Positions 47,341 through 47,940 of a DNA stretch of 47,940 bases are shown here, one piece after another. The notes beneath the pieces are model-generated. The model saw only the letters and a list, made by a program, of their open reading frames with translations. It was not told where the DNA came from and made no database searches. Origin of the DNA: Macrostomum lignano (Eukaryota); contig NIVC01004382.1 of NCBI GenBank assembly GCA_002269645.1, forward strand, positions 1-47,940, read 5' to 3'. Numbering within the stretch: the first letter of the stretch is position 1; each line of letters opens with the position of its first letter. Both the position numbers and the translations under genes were made by a program.

Positions 47341-47940
47341 CAGCTTCTTAAATTTTTAAAGCAACGCTTGGCAAATAAAGTAAAACACTCACTACAACGC
47401 TACGCTGTGTTGAGCAAATATTTGAGCAAAACTAATAGGTGAGCCTCGTGTACCTATTAAGTCAATATAGCTATATATCTAAGTAATTAATGCTCATTCT
47501 AGCTTAGACATGTATAGATGGCTCATTCCAGTCCAAGTTGACGAGAATTAATTGATTAAAAGGAATATTATACGGTTAATACCTGCTTGCATTTATTTTA
47601 ATGGATTCAAGTTGCGTTATTTGTGCATGCAGTTTAGCAAGTCACATTATCGATTAAATTAAACGTTGAATTTCGATTTAAATCAGTTGCGCACATTTAT
47701 AAATTTGTTCTCTTCCATGTACCACAATCAAGTAGTTTTATTATGTACATGTTTACTGGCACATGAGCAACTCTTACAAATATGCTCATAATCTATAACA
47801 CCTAGCTTACATGTAGATGTACACAAATGTATATCATGCAACTTTCAAAGCAATGCAAAACTACATGTAAAGTTCTTTTTTGCTTTTCGACCTTAGACTA
47901 TAGGCAATATTAGAAATTAGAACTATTTTTTAATGTACGT

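Overview
Eukaryotic (metazoan) genomic DNA: GC-rich exons in AT-rich, tandem-repeat-filled introns and intergenic DNA. The style resembles the flatworm Macrostomum, but that is an unverified inference. Host genes assembled by hand from splice sites and reading phase: (i) two 3' exons of a fibrinogen-related (FReD) gene, + strand, 2915-4988; (ii) a CDC50/TMEM30 flippase beta-subunit gene, - strand, 20519 down to 17310 and probably to a last exon at 9247-9034; (iii) a four-exon RGK (Rem/Rad/Gem-like) GTPase gene, + strand, 40808-45002; (iv) part of an unidentified gene, - strand, ~47340-45957. Mobile DNA: three related RNase H-bearing non-LTR retrotransposons (LOA/Lian-like). One (10221-15828) is full length with two intact ORFs, a 15-bp TSD and an (AAGTC)n tail, inserted into a 21-bp satellite. 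There are also three small TIR elements, one nested inside an inverted copy of itself, and about 25 micro/minisatellite arrays. Most interesting: the intact LINE with a visible paralogous empty site; a branched 3'-UTR RNA fold kept by base changes across the LINEs; a pseudoknot-capable 5' UTR; shared modules linking otherwise different satellites; and arrays sitting next to splice sites that resemble those sites. No CRISPR, rRNA or tRNA was found. Most long ORFs in the supplied track are repeat artefacts.
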